Below are positions 39,760 to 59,282 of a DNA stretch of 64,000 bases, in pieces. The translations under genes were made by a program, and so were the position numbers. Origin of the DNA: Anaerolineaceae bacterium (GTDB taxonomy: Bacteria > Chloroflexota > Anaerolineae > Anaerolineales > Anaerolineaceae); contig DAOUGQ010000007.1 of assembly GCA_034429195.1 (NCBI GenBank), positions 251,899-315,898 of the forward strand, in the 5' to 3' direction. Position 1 is the first letter of the stretch. Every line of letters starts with the position of its first letter. The notes under the pieces were generated by a model. The model was not told the origin of the DNA and made no database searches. It was given only the letters and a program-made list of their open reading frames with translations.

Positions 39760-40160
39760 TCATTCCTTTGCCCCGTACCTGGTCAACAAGTCCACTATCT
39801 CCGTCAGTTCTTTTTGGGATGCCATTTGCAGGGGTGTTCAACCTTCCTGGTCGGTGGCATTCACATCTGTCCCCAGTTTTAATAATTGTTCAATGGTAGC
39901 CAACCCAATCTTGCCAAAATAGATTGCTGTGTGCAGTGGTGAGAAGCCGCTGTAACAGCCTCCCGTGGTCTGAAGATTGACATCGGCACCATACTCCAGT
40001 AACAAAGCCACCACCTCTTCATGTCCTTCTTTCAAAGCGGCATGTAATGATGCCATCCCCCAGGGGTCTTGATAATTGACATCGCTACCCGCCTCCAGCA
40101 GCTCGGCAACGATGACTCAGTCGTTGCTGGTCACAGATTATCCAGACAACAAATGGAAAC
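39760..40160 (-). pseudogene. Ankyrin-repeat gene remnant
   Basis: The ankyrin-like reading is NGFHLLSG(TAA)SVTSND(TGA)VIVAELLEAGSDVNYQDPWGMASLHAALKEGHEEVVALLLEYGADVN...DQEG(TGA)TPLQMASQKELTEIVDLLTRYGAKE. It has three in-frame stops and no N-terminus, and it abuts the peptidase gene stop. Confidence 0.65.
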
Positions 40161-40163
40161 CGT

Positions 40164-41045
40164 TTATTCTGTCCAACCGGGAGTGTCACAGGAATTGACA
40201 TCTCCAGATTGTATGCCATCCATAAAGGCTGCCTGGCGCTGTTCGGATGATCCATGCGTCCATGACTCGGGAGAGATATAACCCTGTGTCTCTCGTTGAA
40301 TTCGGTCATCACCCACTGCTGCTGCGGCATCCAGGCTTTGAGCGATTTCCTCGTTTGTGGGCGCAGTCAGGTATCCGGTTTCAGCTGCGTGGTATGCCCA
40401 GACACCAGCCAGGCAGTCTGCCTGAAGCTCGATGAACACCGACATGCTTTGCGGTCCCGTTGAATTCCCACTGGTCTGTTCGAGTATACCGAGAAGGTTT
40501 TGAATATGATGCCCGTATTCGTGAGCCAGCACGTATGCTTCCGCGAATGGGCCTCCTTCTGCTCCAAAACGAGATTTCAGCTCTTCGAAGAAAGAGAGGT
40601 CAAGATAGACCATCTGGTCACGCTGGCAATAAAAAGGTCCAGATGCTGCAGAAGCATAACCACATGCTGCCTCAGTTGCTCCACTGAACAGCACTGTTTG
40701 CGCCTGTGTATATTGCACATCATGGTTGGCAAATTCCGTAGACCAATAATCTTGGATACTGTTAACATAGCCTACGATACGGCAATCTTCTCTAGTGTTG
40801 GCATCGGCACCTGTCTGACATTCTGTCTGAAGATCATTGATTTCGCTTTCGGTTTGATTGGATGCCGGTAATTCAGTTGTCACGAGTTCTGATAGATTGT
40901 TCGGATTTACTCCAAGGAGCAATGCAACCAAGAGAATGATCAGCCCCAAACCGCCACCACCAAATGCCACTGTCCGTCCAACACTTCGACCACGGCGATC
41001 CTGAACCTGAGAGGGATCAAGACGAGATTTTTCATTAAAAGGCAT
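40164..41045 (-). CDS. Neutral zinc metallopeptidase (YpfJ-like)
   Basis: N-terminal QVQDRRG, a TM segment and the HEYGHH zinc motif. Confidence 0.8.
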   Translation of the reverse strand: MPFNEKSRLDPSQVQDRRGRSVGRTVAFGGGGLGLIILLVALLLGVNPNNLSELVTTELPASNQTESEINDLQTECQTGADANTREDCRIVGYVNSIQDYWSTEFANHDVQYTQAQTVLFSGATEAACGYASAASGPFYCQRDQMVYLDLSFFEELKSRFGAEGGPFAEAYVLAHEYGHHIQNLLGILEQTSGNSTGPQSMSVFIELQADCLAGVWAYHAAETGYLTAPTNEEIAQSLDAAAAVGDDRIQRETQGYISPESWTHGSSEQRQAAFMDGIQSGDVNSCDTPGWTE

Positions 41046-41295
41046 ATGAATGCTCTCCTTTCATAAACCTCAATGGCTCGTTTCTTAATTTAAATTGTAA
41101 CGCTTTTTACCTTTATTTTTCCATCTGGTAGTTCATTCTTAAGAGGTAGATTTTCTACTAAACTTGTATAAACAATCGCTTTTGATCCATTTTCAGAATC
41201 AAATTTAGCAATTAGGGCAGGCTTTCTCAATCGAATAGAATCCATGGGATGAAGAGAATTCACCAGCTCCTATGTGAAAGCGGATGAAACTAAAG

Positions 41296-42075
41296 CTATT
41301 GTGTAAAAAACATGATCTGATCTTTTGAGGGAATGGAATCGTGAATTTCGACTGTATTTCCATTTTCTATAACGGAATACTGTGAAAAAATGATTGGCAA
41401 TCCTTTTGCTTTTCTGAAGTCCAAATCATCCATTGCTTGAAGGTGAAGATGTGGCATCGTGGAGTTGCCAGAATGCCCCAGTTTGCCGATCACCATTGAA
41501 CTATCAACGCTTTGCCCTGGTTTTACCATGATAGAATTCTTTTGCAGGTGGGCTATTACGATATATTCCAGATTATCGGTTTTTATGATGACACTATTTC
41601 CCAACAAGTATTTTGGGTCGACTAAATTATCCTTATACGATCGTGTTATTTCAGCCGCATAACGAAGATCGTCGAAAACATTCACCGGGTTTCGCTCATC
41701 AATGCCATCAACAACTTGAACAACAACACCTTTTACTGGGGAATAGATATCGATCCCGTATCCATAAAAATCTGAGAGAGGCAATCCCTTCGTCATATAT
41801 GTGAAGAAGCTGGATCGGTAGGGCTTTTGGGATTTTGCGTTATCATCCACGATCACAAAGTCGATCGCGTATTCAACGCCGTATTTATCAATCCCATGGC
41901 TTGGAATTTTGCTGCCAGGGGTATTCGGGCAAATAAAAAAAGCGTGAACAGGAATTTGCAGCAGCACAGGATTTTTCATTGTATATTCTCGAGGATCGGG
42001 ATTATCGATGCCTTTGCACGAATTTAAAACAAACAGGCATAATACCAAGTAAAAAATGACATTTCTTTTTATCAT
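41296..42075 (-). CDS. M23 family metallopeptidase, probable lipoprotein
   Basis: GHSGNSTMPHLHLQ M23 motif. The ATG at 42075 gives MIKRNVIFYLVLCLFVLNSC, a signal peptide plus lipobox. Confidence 0.8.
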   Translation of the reverse strand: MIKRNVIFYLVLCLFVLNSCKGIDNPDPREYTMKNPVLLQIPVHAFFICPNTPGSKIPSHGIDKYGVEYAIDFVIVDDNAKSQKPYRSSFFTYMTKGLPLSDFYGYGIDIYSPVKGVVVQVVDGIDERNPVNVFDDLRYAAEITRSYKDNLVDPKYLLGNSVIIKTDNLEYIVIAHLQKNSIMVKPGQSVDSSMVIGKLGHSGNSTMPHLHLQAMDDLDFRKAKGLPIIFSQYSVIENGNTVEIHDSIPSKDQIMFFTQ

Positions 42076-42189
42076 ATTCCAAATATAAACAGCGCGTCTA
42101 CTTGATGGTGGGTATGACCTGTTAGCAACGAGCGCAGCGGGGAGCAAGGTGGATATTAGCCGTTGTTGAATGGTGCGACAATTATACTT

Positions 42190-42750
42190 TTAGAACGACA
42201 CCTGGCGATCTTTTTTGAGCAAAGATAGCATTACCACATCAACATACCCTTTCTCTTCATGTTCGTATTCTCTCAAGATTCCTTCTTCTACAAACCCTGC
42301 TTTTTTTAGCAGGCATAAACATGCAGCATTTTCTGGATCAACTACTGCCTCGATACGATTGAGTTGCATCACCATAAATCCATATTCTAGAACTTGCTCC
42401 AAAGCTTCTGTCATGATCCCTTTATTCCAAAATACTTTTGTCAATTTGAAACCAATTTCGGATCTGGAATGGGCTTTTACGTAATTGTGGAAACCAATAT
42501 CTCCGATGTAATTTCCTACACCCTTCTCAGTAATAACCCACCGAATCCCTTCTGCCTGGGAATATATCTTATTGAACCAGTTAATTTCCGCCAGAGCTTC
42601 AACTTTGTTCACAAACGGTGCCATCCCATAATACTTCATAACGGCTTCATCTTGAGTGGCTTCCAGCAACGCAATTGCATCTTTCTGCAAAGGTCTTCTT
42701 AGTTTTAATCGTGCGGTTTCAATAATCGGAAATTTCTGCTGATTTATCAT
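42190..42750 (-). CDS. GNAT N-acetyltransferase (RimJ/RimL-like)
   Basis: RLKLRRP...WNKGIMTEAL pattern typical of the RimJ/RimL subfamily. Confidence 0.8.
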   Translation of the reverse strand: MINQQKFPIIETARLKLRRPLQKDAIALLEATQDEAVMKYYGMAPFVNKVEALAEINWFNKIYSQAEGIRWVITEKGVGNYIGDIGFHNYVKAHSRSEIGFKLTKVFWNKGIMTEALEQVLEYGFMVMQLNRIEAVVDPENAACLCLLKKAGFVEEGILREYEHEEKGYVDVVMLSLLKKDRQVSF

Positions 42751-42855
42751 TGCGCTTCATCCAAATTATTAAGAGATTTTCAGCTACTCAAGGGTTTGCG
42801 TTATCTGCTGGCTGGATTATCAACCGATGCTTTTAGCAGAAGATTCTTAACCTAT

Positions 42856-43412
42856 TTATCCTTTCACATTATCAATTTGTGAATCTGCATAGTTTATGAA
42901 TTCCAGAGTTCCATCAAGCAGTATTTGTTCTGCTCTCTGATGTATTTTTACCATAAATCGAACACCTTCCCATTCATTCCATGCCTGTTCAATTAATTTT
43001 ATCGATTTTGGGTCTAGAAATTGTTCAGCCCATCTCGATCCAGCCCTTTTTGATTGCATTGTCCCTGTGTAAAGTGTTTGCAACATACGGCAAAAAGTCA
43101 AAACAATGAGGGCTGACCAAATTTGAAATTTGCAAAACTGAGTTGTGCAGGATAACAATCCATAGCATGAATTTTTACCTGGATATCTTCGAGGGGTTTC
43201 ATGGCGGTTACTCTCAATTCGGTGTTTGTCACAACAAAAAATCGATATCACTGTCAAGATTAAAATCTCCTGTTGCTAGTGAGCCAACCAGGTATAAATG
43301 CGACGAGATTTTCTTTAAATACCACAGCAATTTCACCAGCAATGAGTTGGAGCACCTCTCGTATTTCTGGGTAAGGTTGAAGGGGTATTCTGCAATCAGC
43401 GAGAAATTTCAT
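42856..43412 (-). pseudogene. Nucleotidyltransferase (MNT/AadA-like) pseudogene with several frameshifts
   Basis: The NTase motif LYLVGSLATGDFNLDSDIDF is readable in one frame and VVTNTELRVTAMKPLEDIQVKIHAMD in another, with a slip at a T6 run. The N-terminal 30 or so codons and the C-terminal 60 or so codons lie in further frames. Confidence 0.6.
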
Positions 43413-43680
43413 GTGAAAAATTTTAATCTACACATTGGTAGATAGAAGGTCCAGAGGATCACTTCTTTGGGCCAATGAACCAATTCATTCTTGCCGGATA
43501 TAAAACATTGCTTATAGCAAGCAAACAGCTTGACAAGACCAGGCTAAAGTGCCAATCCTCTCAAGGCGAAACGTCCAGGGTATTACCCTACCGAAATAAT
43601 TTATGTTCACCAAAATGCAATACATGTTACACATTGAAATCTTTACTATAAAAGGTGAGAAATGTAATTCTAGCAACTGA

Positions 43681-43722
43681 TTGACATGAAAATCGAATGT
43701 TTTACAATTAAATTGTTCGATT
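43681..43722 (+). promoter_or_regulatory. Sigma-70-like promoter with an overlapping inverted repeat, upstream of the hydrolase gene
   Basis: TTGACA (43681-43686), a 16-nt spacer, then TACAAT (43703-43708). AATCGAA (43691-43697) and TTCGATT (43716-43722) flank the -10 element. Confidence 0.45.
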
Positions 43723-43781
43723 TTGACTTCCCACCCAATGGATCATTTGTACGAGACTTAACTTGAGAAGGAGATACTGCT

Positions 43782-44993
43782 ATGTCTTTACAAACAATGG
43801 AAAAGCAAAAGCCCCCCTTCAAATTCCACTATGGTTACTATGATGATTTACATCCCGATTATGGGGTGAATTTCCAAATGAACCGCTGGATCAACTATCT
43901 GGGCAGCCAGGCGTTGGATGACTTCCGCGAAATCGCATCTCAGCTTACGGATTACCCATCCTACATTCAATCATTCCTGACTCTTGGGGATAAAGTACTG
44001 AGTCAAGGTCGTAAGCTCCATGCTGCTTACTATTACCGCTCAGCCGAATTTTTCATGAGGTCGGACGACCCACGGAAAATTCCAACCCGCAATAAATTTC
44101 TACAGCTTGCCCTGGAATATTGGGGAATTAAAGACAGCGATCGCTTCACGATCCCTTACGAACAGGATTCCAGGAAGATTTCCCTGTACGCTTACCGCTT
44201 TACAGCCAACCAGCCGAGGGGGACCATTGTTATTTTTGGCGGTTCTGATAGCTACATTGAAGAATTTTTTCCCTGCTTAATGGTCATGGTCGAAAGGGGA
44301 TATGATATCGTTGTTTTTGAAGGTCCAGGGCAAGGTAGAGTGTTAATAGAGCAGCAAGTACCATTAACAGCCGAGTGGCAAAAACCCGTTAAGGCAATCC
44401 TGGATTATTTCGAACTGGATGATGTTACGGCGATTGGAATCTCGATGGGAGGTTACATGGTTCTGAAGGCTGCTGCATATGAGCCCCGAATTAAGCGCGC
44501 TATTGCCTGGGATATCCTGTTTAACGGCTTCGATATCTGGATTGGAAAACTTGAACCAGCCGAACGCGTTCTCTTGAAATTTCTCTTCCATTTGCGAGCA
44601 GCATCCATCATCAATGCCCTGATCGGACAGGCGATGAAAAAGAGTATGGTCGTTGATTGGGGCATTCGTCAATCCATGTATATATTGGGCGCGAAGACAC
44701 CTTATGAATATCTACACAGCCTTCAAACATCTTATCCTGATGATTTCTTTCCCTTGATCAAGCAAGATGTGCTGCTTTTAGCCGGCAGCGAGGATTTTGG
44801 AATACCGTTGGATCAGTTTTACCGACAAATCGAGGCCCTTAAGAATGTGCGTTCTCTGACCGCAAGATTGTTCACCCGAGCCGAACAAGCTCAGAACCAC
44901 TGTCAGGTAGGCAATCTGGAGCTGGCTCTGGATGTGATCATGAACTGGATTGAGTTTACCAGCCAGCATTCATACACAACACAAGTACCCTAA
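43782..44993 (+). CDS. Alpha/beta hydrolase
   Basis: GISMGG nucleophile elbow and an AAGGAG RBS; 403 aa. Confidence 0.7.
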   Translation: MSLQTMEKQKPPFKFHYGYYDDLHPDYGVNFQMNRWINYLGSQALDDFREIASQLTDYPSYIQSFLTLGDKVLSQGRKLHAAYYYRSAEFFMRSDDPRKIPTRNKFLQLALEYWGIKDSDRFTIPYEQDSRKISLYAYRFTANQPRGTIVIFGGSDSYIEEFFPCLMVMVERGYDIVVFEGPGQGRVLIEQQVPLTAEWQKPVKAILDYFELDDVTAIGISMGGYMVLKAAAYEPRIKRAIAWDILFNGFDIWIGKLEPAERVLLKFLFHLRAASIINALIGQAMKKSMVVDWGIRQSMYILGAKTPYEYLHSLQTSYPDDFFPLIKQDVLLLAGSEDFGIPLDQFYRQIEALKNVRSLTARLFTRAEQAQNHCQVGNLELALDVIMNWIEFTSQHSYTTQVP

Positions 44994-45131
44994 GCCCTTT
45001 TGTCCATCTGAATTAACGACTAAGGGGAATGCTGTGCATCGCTGAACGTATGACTCAGTTTGCATTGGAATGTGAGGGTGTTGATCTACTAGCTCAGGTT
45101 CGCATTTGCTGATGATAGGGATAGGCATGGA

Positions 45132-45163
45132 TTCTGCTCGAGAGTGTCAAACAGGAGAGCGAC
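45132..45163 (-). repeat. Possible heavily decayed CRISPR repeat
   Basis: Only 14 of 32 positions match the consensus, mostly the terminal GGAGAGCGAC. However, it ends exactly 66 nt (one repeat-spacer period) before the end of the orphan repeat. Confidence 0.3.
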
Positions 45164-45197
45164 GAGATTGGCTCTTGTATAGGCTGATTTTAGGTTT

Positions 45198-45229
45198 ATT
45201 TCAATACACGCTCCCGAACGGGGAGCGAC
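45198..45229 (-). repeat. Orphan CRISPR repeat (31 of 32 identical to the array repeat)
   Basis: ATTTCAATACACGCTCCCGAACGGGGAGCGAC differs from the consensus by one C-to-A change at repeat position 9. It lies 888 nt from the first array repeat. Confidence 0.85.
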
Positions 45230-45519
45230 CTGACGTAGCAGGGTAAGCACATCACGACACAAATCATCCATAGTGCCTCCGTAAATATTTGGTAGGTATA
45301 AACAATCCTTGTATGTTTATACTCTTATAGTATGTACGTTGTCAAATGGCAATAACTATTAGTATTTTGTTATATTATTTTCCTATAACTTTATTATATT
45401 TACTTAATAACGTTTTATTGACTTTCCAGCGCAAACAGAATACCACTTACAGCATAGTATGATTGTTGCAACAAAGTAACGATTATAAACATTTGATGAT
45501 AGAAAGGAGGATTGTTGAA

Positions 45520-45936
45520 ATGATAGTTGTAGACAAGGAGAAAGCACAAAAGTGTTCAGCGTTCTTGCGAGACGGGTTCATGATGTACATAGAGCGAGAA
45601 TTGAGGCGAACCCGCCGTGTACCATCCCAGAACAGTTTTGCTGCCTGGATGGGGGTTCCACCAACAAGCCTTTCCACGTGGATGTCTGGACAGCGTTTAC
45701 CTTTGGGGAACAACGTTGATAGCATTGCCGGTAAACTTGGACCTGAAATCTATAATATTCTGGATGTGCCACCGAGGATTCCGAAAGATAAGCAATTACT
45801 CAAAATAGCTACGAACTGGCACAAACTGACAGACAACCAGCAGGCGCAGTTGTGTGAGTGGGTCGAAAACCTGACCTTTGAAAATGAGTCAAAAAAAAAG
45901 AAGGATGATCAGGGATTAGAAACACAACCCATATAA
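45520..45936 (+). CDS. XRE-family helix-turn-helix protein
   Basis: SQNSFAAWMGVPPTSLSTWMSGQRLP is a classic XRE HTH. The ATG at 45520 has AAAGGAGG 8 nt upstream, and the C-terminal tail is lysine-rich. The gene is antisense to array transcription. Confidence 0.65.
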   Translation: MIVVDKEKAQKCSAFLRDGFMMYIERELRRTRRVPSQNSFAAWMGVPPTSLSTWMSGQRLPLGNNVDSIAGKLGPEIYNILDVPPRIPKDKQLLKIATNWHKLTDNQQAQLCEWVENLTFENESKKKKDDQGLETQPI

Positions 45937-46117
45937 ACCATTTATTTTACCGACTCGACGAGTCGGTAAAAAAATCATGCAAGATAGAACATTTATACTA
46001 CGAGGAACATCATGGACTTCAAAGGCATAGCCGACCGTTAGGAAGAATTACCAGAGTGGAAAAAGTTATTGGTATATTATCGGATCATGGCAACAGAATA
46101 TTGTGAAGTCTATACAG

Positions 46118-57101
<10,984 letters not shown>

Positions 57102-57268
57102 TGCACTATATGGGCACTTCCTTTCCTATACCCCTATATTTGGGGGTTATGTAATTAATTGTTCTCTATATTCTCCTTTTTCCTAATAGTTTTATCTTTT
57201 TGAACTAGGTTTTTGTCTCTTTTTCCTGCGAACCTCCCGGTAATTCTCTGTTCACTTGGGGTTCGCAC
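57102..57268 (-). promoter_or_regulatory. CRISPR leader
   Basis: AT-rich 167-nt segment between the cas2 stop and the last repeat. It contains the inverted repeat GCGAACC (57228-57234) / GGTTCGC (57260-57266) just after cas2. Confidence 0.6.
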
Positions 57269-57559
57269 CTACACCACCAGAGTCCCCTCCAGGTCTATCC
57301 CCGGTTTTGCTCCGATATGTTCTACACGTTTTCGCCATTCATCACCGAGAAAATAGAACCGCAGGCTATCTTTTTCTACATCAATAATCTTTGTTAACTT
57401 GCTCTGGATCACCAGTAATTGTGTAGGATCAATAATACACTCAAACACCGAATTTTGCACGCGCTGCCCATAATTCTGACACTCTTTTGCCACTTTGTGC
57501 AACCGCTTTTTCCCCTCTTTCGTTTCAGTATTCACATCGTATGTGATTAGAACCATCAT
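57269..57559 (-). CDS. cas2: CRISPR-associated endoribonuclease Cas2
   Basis: 96 aa; MMVLITYDV...RVQNSVFEC is typical of Cas2. It lies adjacent to cas1 and the leader. Confidence 0.9.
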   Translation of the reverse strand: MMVLITYDVNTETKEGKKRLHKVAKECQNYGQRVQNSVFECIIDPTQLLVIQSKLTKIIDVEKDSLRFYFLGDEWRKRVEHIGAKPGIDLEGTLVV

Positions 57560-57568
57560 ACTTCCTCC

Positions 57569-58600
57569 CTAGCTCCAAAAGAATGGCGGGTATGCATCCA
57601 GGTCACCGCGCAGATAACGAGATAGCAGAAGCGCCTGAACATAAGGGATCAAGCCAAATTTTATCCGTTCTTTAAGAAAAGGATGCTCTATTTCTTCGTT
57701 CTTCCTCTCTTGCCAGGCATTTAATACCAGTTTTCTGGTGTCATCGTCCATGATGACCCCACCACTTTCTTTTGTTGTAAAGCCAGAACCTGATATTTGT
57801 TTGCGATTGATCAGAGATAGAGCCAGCCGATCTACGAATACTGGGCGCAATTCTTCTATCAGATCAAGAGAAAGTGAGGGACGCCCTGGTCTATCCTGAT
57901 GCAAGAATCCAACATAGGGATCCAACCCAACAGTCTCGAGCGCTGATGATGTTTCATTGGTCAGAATCGTGTACAGGAATGACAGCAGTGCATTGACATT
58001 ATCCAGCGGCGGGCGTCGATTGCGTTCTTTGAAATAGAAGGCATCCTTTTGTTGCAGGATCATTTGATCAAAGACACCAAAATACAATTTGGCAGCGCTG
58101 CCTTCAACTCCCATCAACTCTTCCTGCGAATGGCATTCGGGTAGTACTTTCATTGACTCTTTTAATTTTTGGGAAATACTTTTTAATGAATCTGCATCCA
58201 GCAGCATGGCATGGTCACGCACAGCACGGTCAAGCACTTTTCGGCAATTGTATAGTTTGCCCATCAAGAAAGAGGATGAGATTAGAATGCTCTTTTCTCT
58301 GCATTCCGAATATGCATACTGGGTTTTTCTAAGCAGCACATTCCCTTTCACCTTTCCTGAAACACGTGCCAGGAACCTGCCATGAGGGGTTAAAAAGCAC
58401 AACCCAATGTTTCTTTCTGCACAGATGCCCATCAGAGCCGGACTGGCACCCTGGTATCCAAAGCAAACTATATTTTCCAGATTGTGTAAAGGAAGCCGAA
58501 CGGTTACATTTTCCTCCTTTTTTATAACAATGGTTTCCCCCTCAAGTGAAAGATAAGCGTCTGGGAAAGTTACATACAGAACATTGAGGAGTTTTTTCAT
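57569..58600 (-). CDS. cas1: CRISPR-associated endonuclease Cas1 (I-C type)
   Basis: 343 aa with a Cas1 fold sequence (LDPYVGFLHQDRPGRPSLSLDLIEELRP). Its ATG overlaps the cas4 stop as ATGA. Confidence 0.95.
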   Translation of the reverse strand: MKKLLNVLYVTFPDAYLSLEGETIVIKKEENVTVRLPLHNLENIVCFGYQGASPALMGICAERNIGLCFLTPHGRFLARVSGKVKGNVLLRKTQYAYSECREKSILISSSFLMGKLYNCRKVLDRAVRDHAMLLDADSLKSISQKLKESMKVLPECHSQEELMGVEGSAAKLYFGVFDQMILQQKDAFYFKERNRRPPLDNVNALLSFLYTILTNETSSALETVGLDPYVGFLHQDRPGRPSLSLDLIEELRPVFVDRLALSLINRKQISGSGFTTKESGGVIMDDDTRKLVLNAWQERKNEEIEHPFLKERIKFGLIPYVQALLLSRYLRGDLDAYPPFFWS

Positions 58601-59271
58601 CAGCTTTCATCCAAGTACATTTGGATATATTTTGTGGCAGGGATGACATTTTCCTGCAGCTTAGGCAGGCAGATATCGTTGATTGAACAGGATTTACACG
58701 CTTTGGAGGGTTTTACCTGTGGAGTGTATCCTTTTTCATAATAGGAGTGCATTTCCAGGGCGTACTTTTTCACCAGTGTTCTTAACATATCTGTCATGAG
58801 TATTTCTTCACGGCGACGGATTTCGAAGTAATAGAGGTATGCCGAAGAGATGTTCACGGCGAGCATCTCTTCAAGGCAGATGACCTGAGCACAGAGTTGT
58901 ACCTCATCGCATTCATCCCATTTTGGTTTACCATGTTTATATTCCACTGGAACGGGTAAATACATGCCTTTACGATGAGGTAGCTGCACTCCCTCTGGTG
59001 AGGGGATGAATTCGACGACATCACACCTGCCGATCAAACCCAATTTATACGAGGCGATCGGCATGGAACGGGTGATGATCACCCCATCTCTTACTTCAGA
59101 GAAGTAGGGATCATCAGCCCGTTCGTGCATCTGTTTTCCTTCTACAGTCAGGACGTTTTCCTTCCACTGGTCTTCTACATGGATAAGCGCCCATTGCCGT
59201 CTGCAGAACGCAAAATGCTGGATGCCAGAAAGTTGCAAGAGTTCTTCAGAAGAGTATTCGGATCTATTCAT
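58600..59271 (-). CDS. cas4: CRISPR-associated exonuclease Cas4
   Basis: RecB-like nuclease with an N-terminal Cys (FAFCRRQW) and a C-terminal C-x2-C-x5-C cluster (CKSCSINDIC). Confidence 0.9.
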   Translation of the reverse strand: MNRSEYSSEELLQLSGIQHFAFCRRQWALIHVEDQWKENVLTVEGKQMHERADDPYFSEVRDGVIITRSMPIASYKLGLIGRCDVVEFIPSPEGVQLPHRKGMYLPVPVEYKHGKPKWDECDEVQLCAQVICLEEMLAVNISSAYLYYFEIRRREEILMTDMLRTLVKKYALEMHSYYEKGYTPQVKPSKACKSCSINDICLPKLQENVIPATKYIQMYLDES

Positions 59272-59282
59272 CCAAAAGAGTT

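Noticed and set aside
39838-40119. Possibility that the in-frame TGA codons (ankyrin remnant, and the isochorismatase gene at about 37044) indicate TGA recoding (Trp or Gly code, or selenocysteine).
   Set aside because: Many intact genes in the window end in TGA and encode Trp as TGG. The ankyrin remnant also carries an in-frame TAA and lacks a 5' end. The isochorismatase gene additionally has a frameshift. I saw no SECIS-like hairpin. Plain pseudogenisation explains these stops.
41094-41246. 50-aa minus-strand ORF (MDSIRLRKPALIAKFDSENG...) between the two peptidase genes, and a 31-aa ORF at about 6760-6855.
   Set aside because: They have no RBS or recognisable motif and fall below any length at which I can argue for coding from sequence alone.
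45089-45271. 60-aa minus-strand ORF next to the hydrolase gene.
   Set aside because: It spans the orphan CRISPR repeat (it contains the repeat-derived VAPRSGA-type peptide) and has no RBS. It is an artefact.
45945-45971. 12-bp-stem hairpin after the HTH gene, considered as an intrinsic terminator.
   Set aside because: The stem is followed by an A-run on the plus strand and by an A-rich tract on the minus strand, so there is no U-tract in either direction. I list it only as a hairpin in the HTH finding.
46016-46047. Repeat-like stretch ACTTCAAAGGCATAGCCGACCGTTAGG inside the 888-bp insert.
   Set aside because: Only scattered matches to the consensus (TTCAA..., CCGA.CG), and it is out of phase with the first repeat: the gap is 70 nt where about 34 nt is expected. 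I cannot distinguish this from chance.
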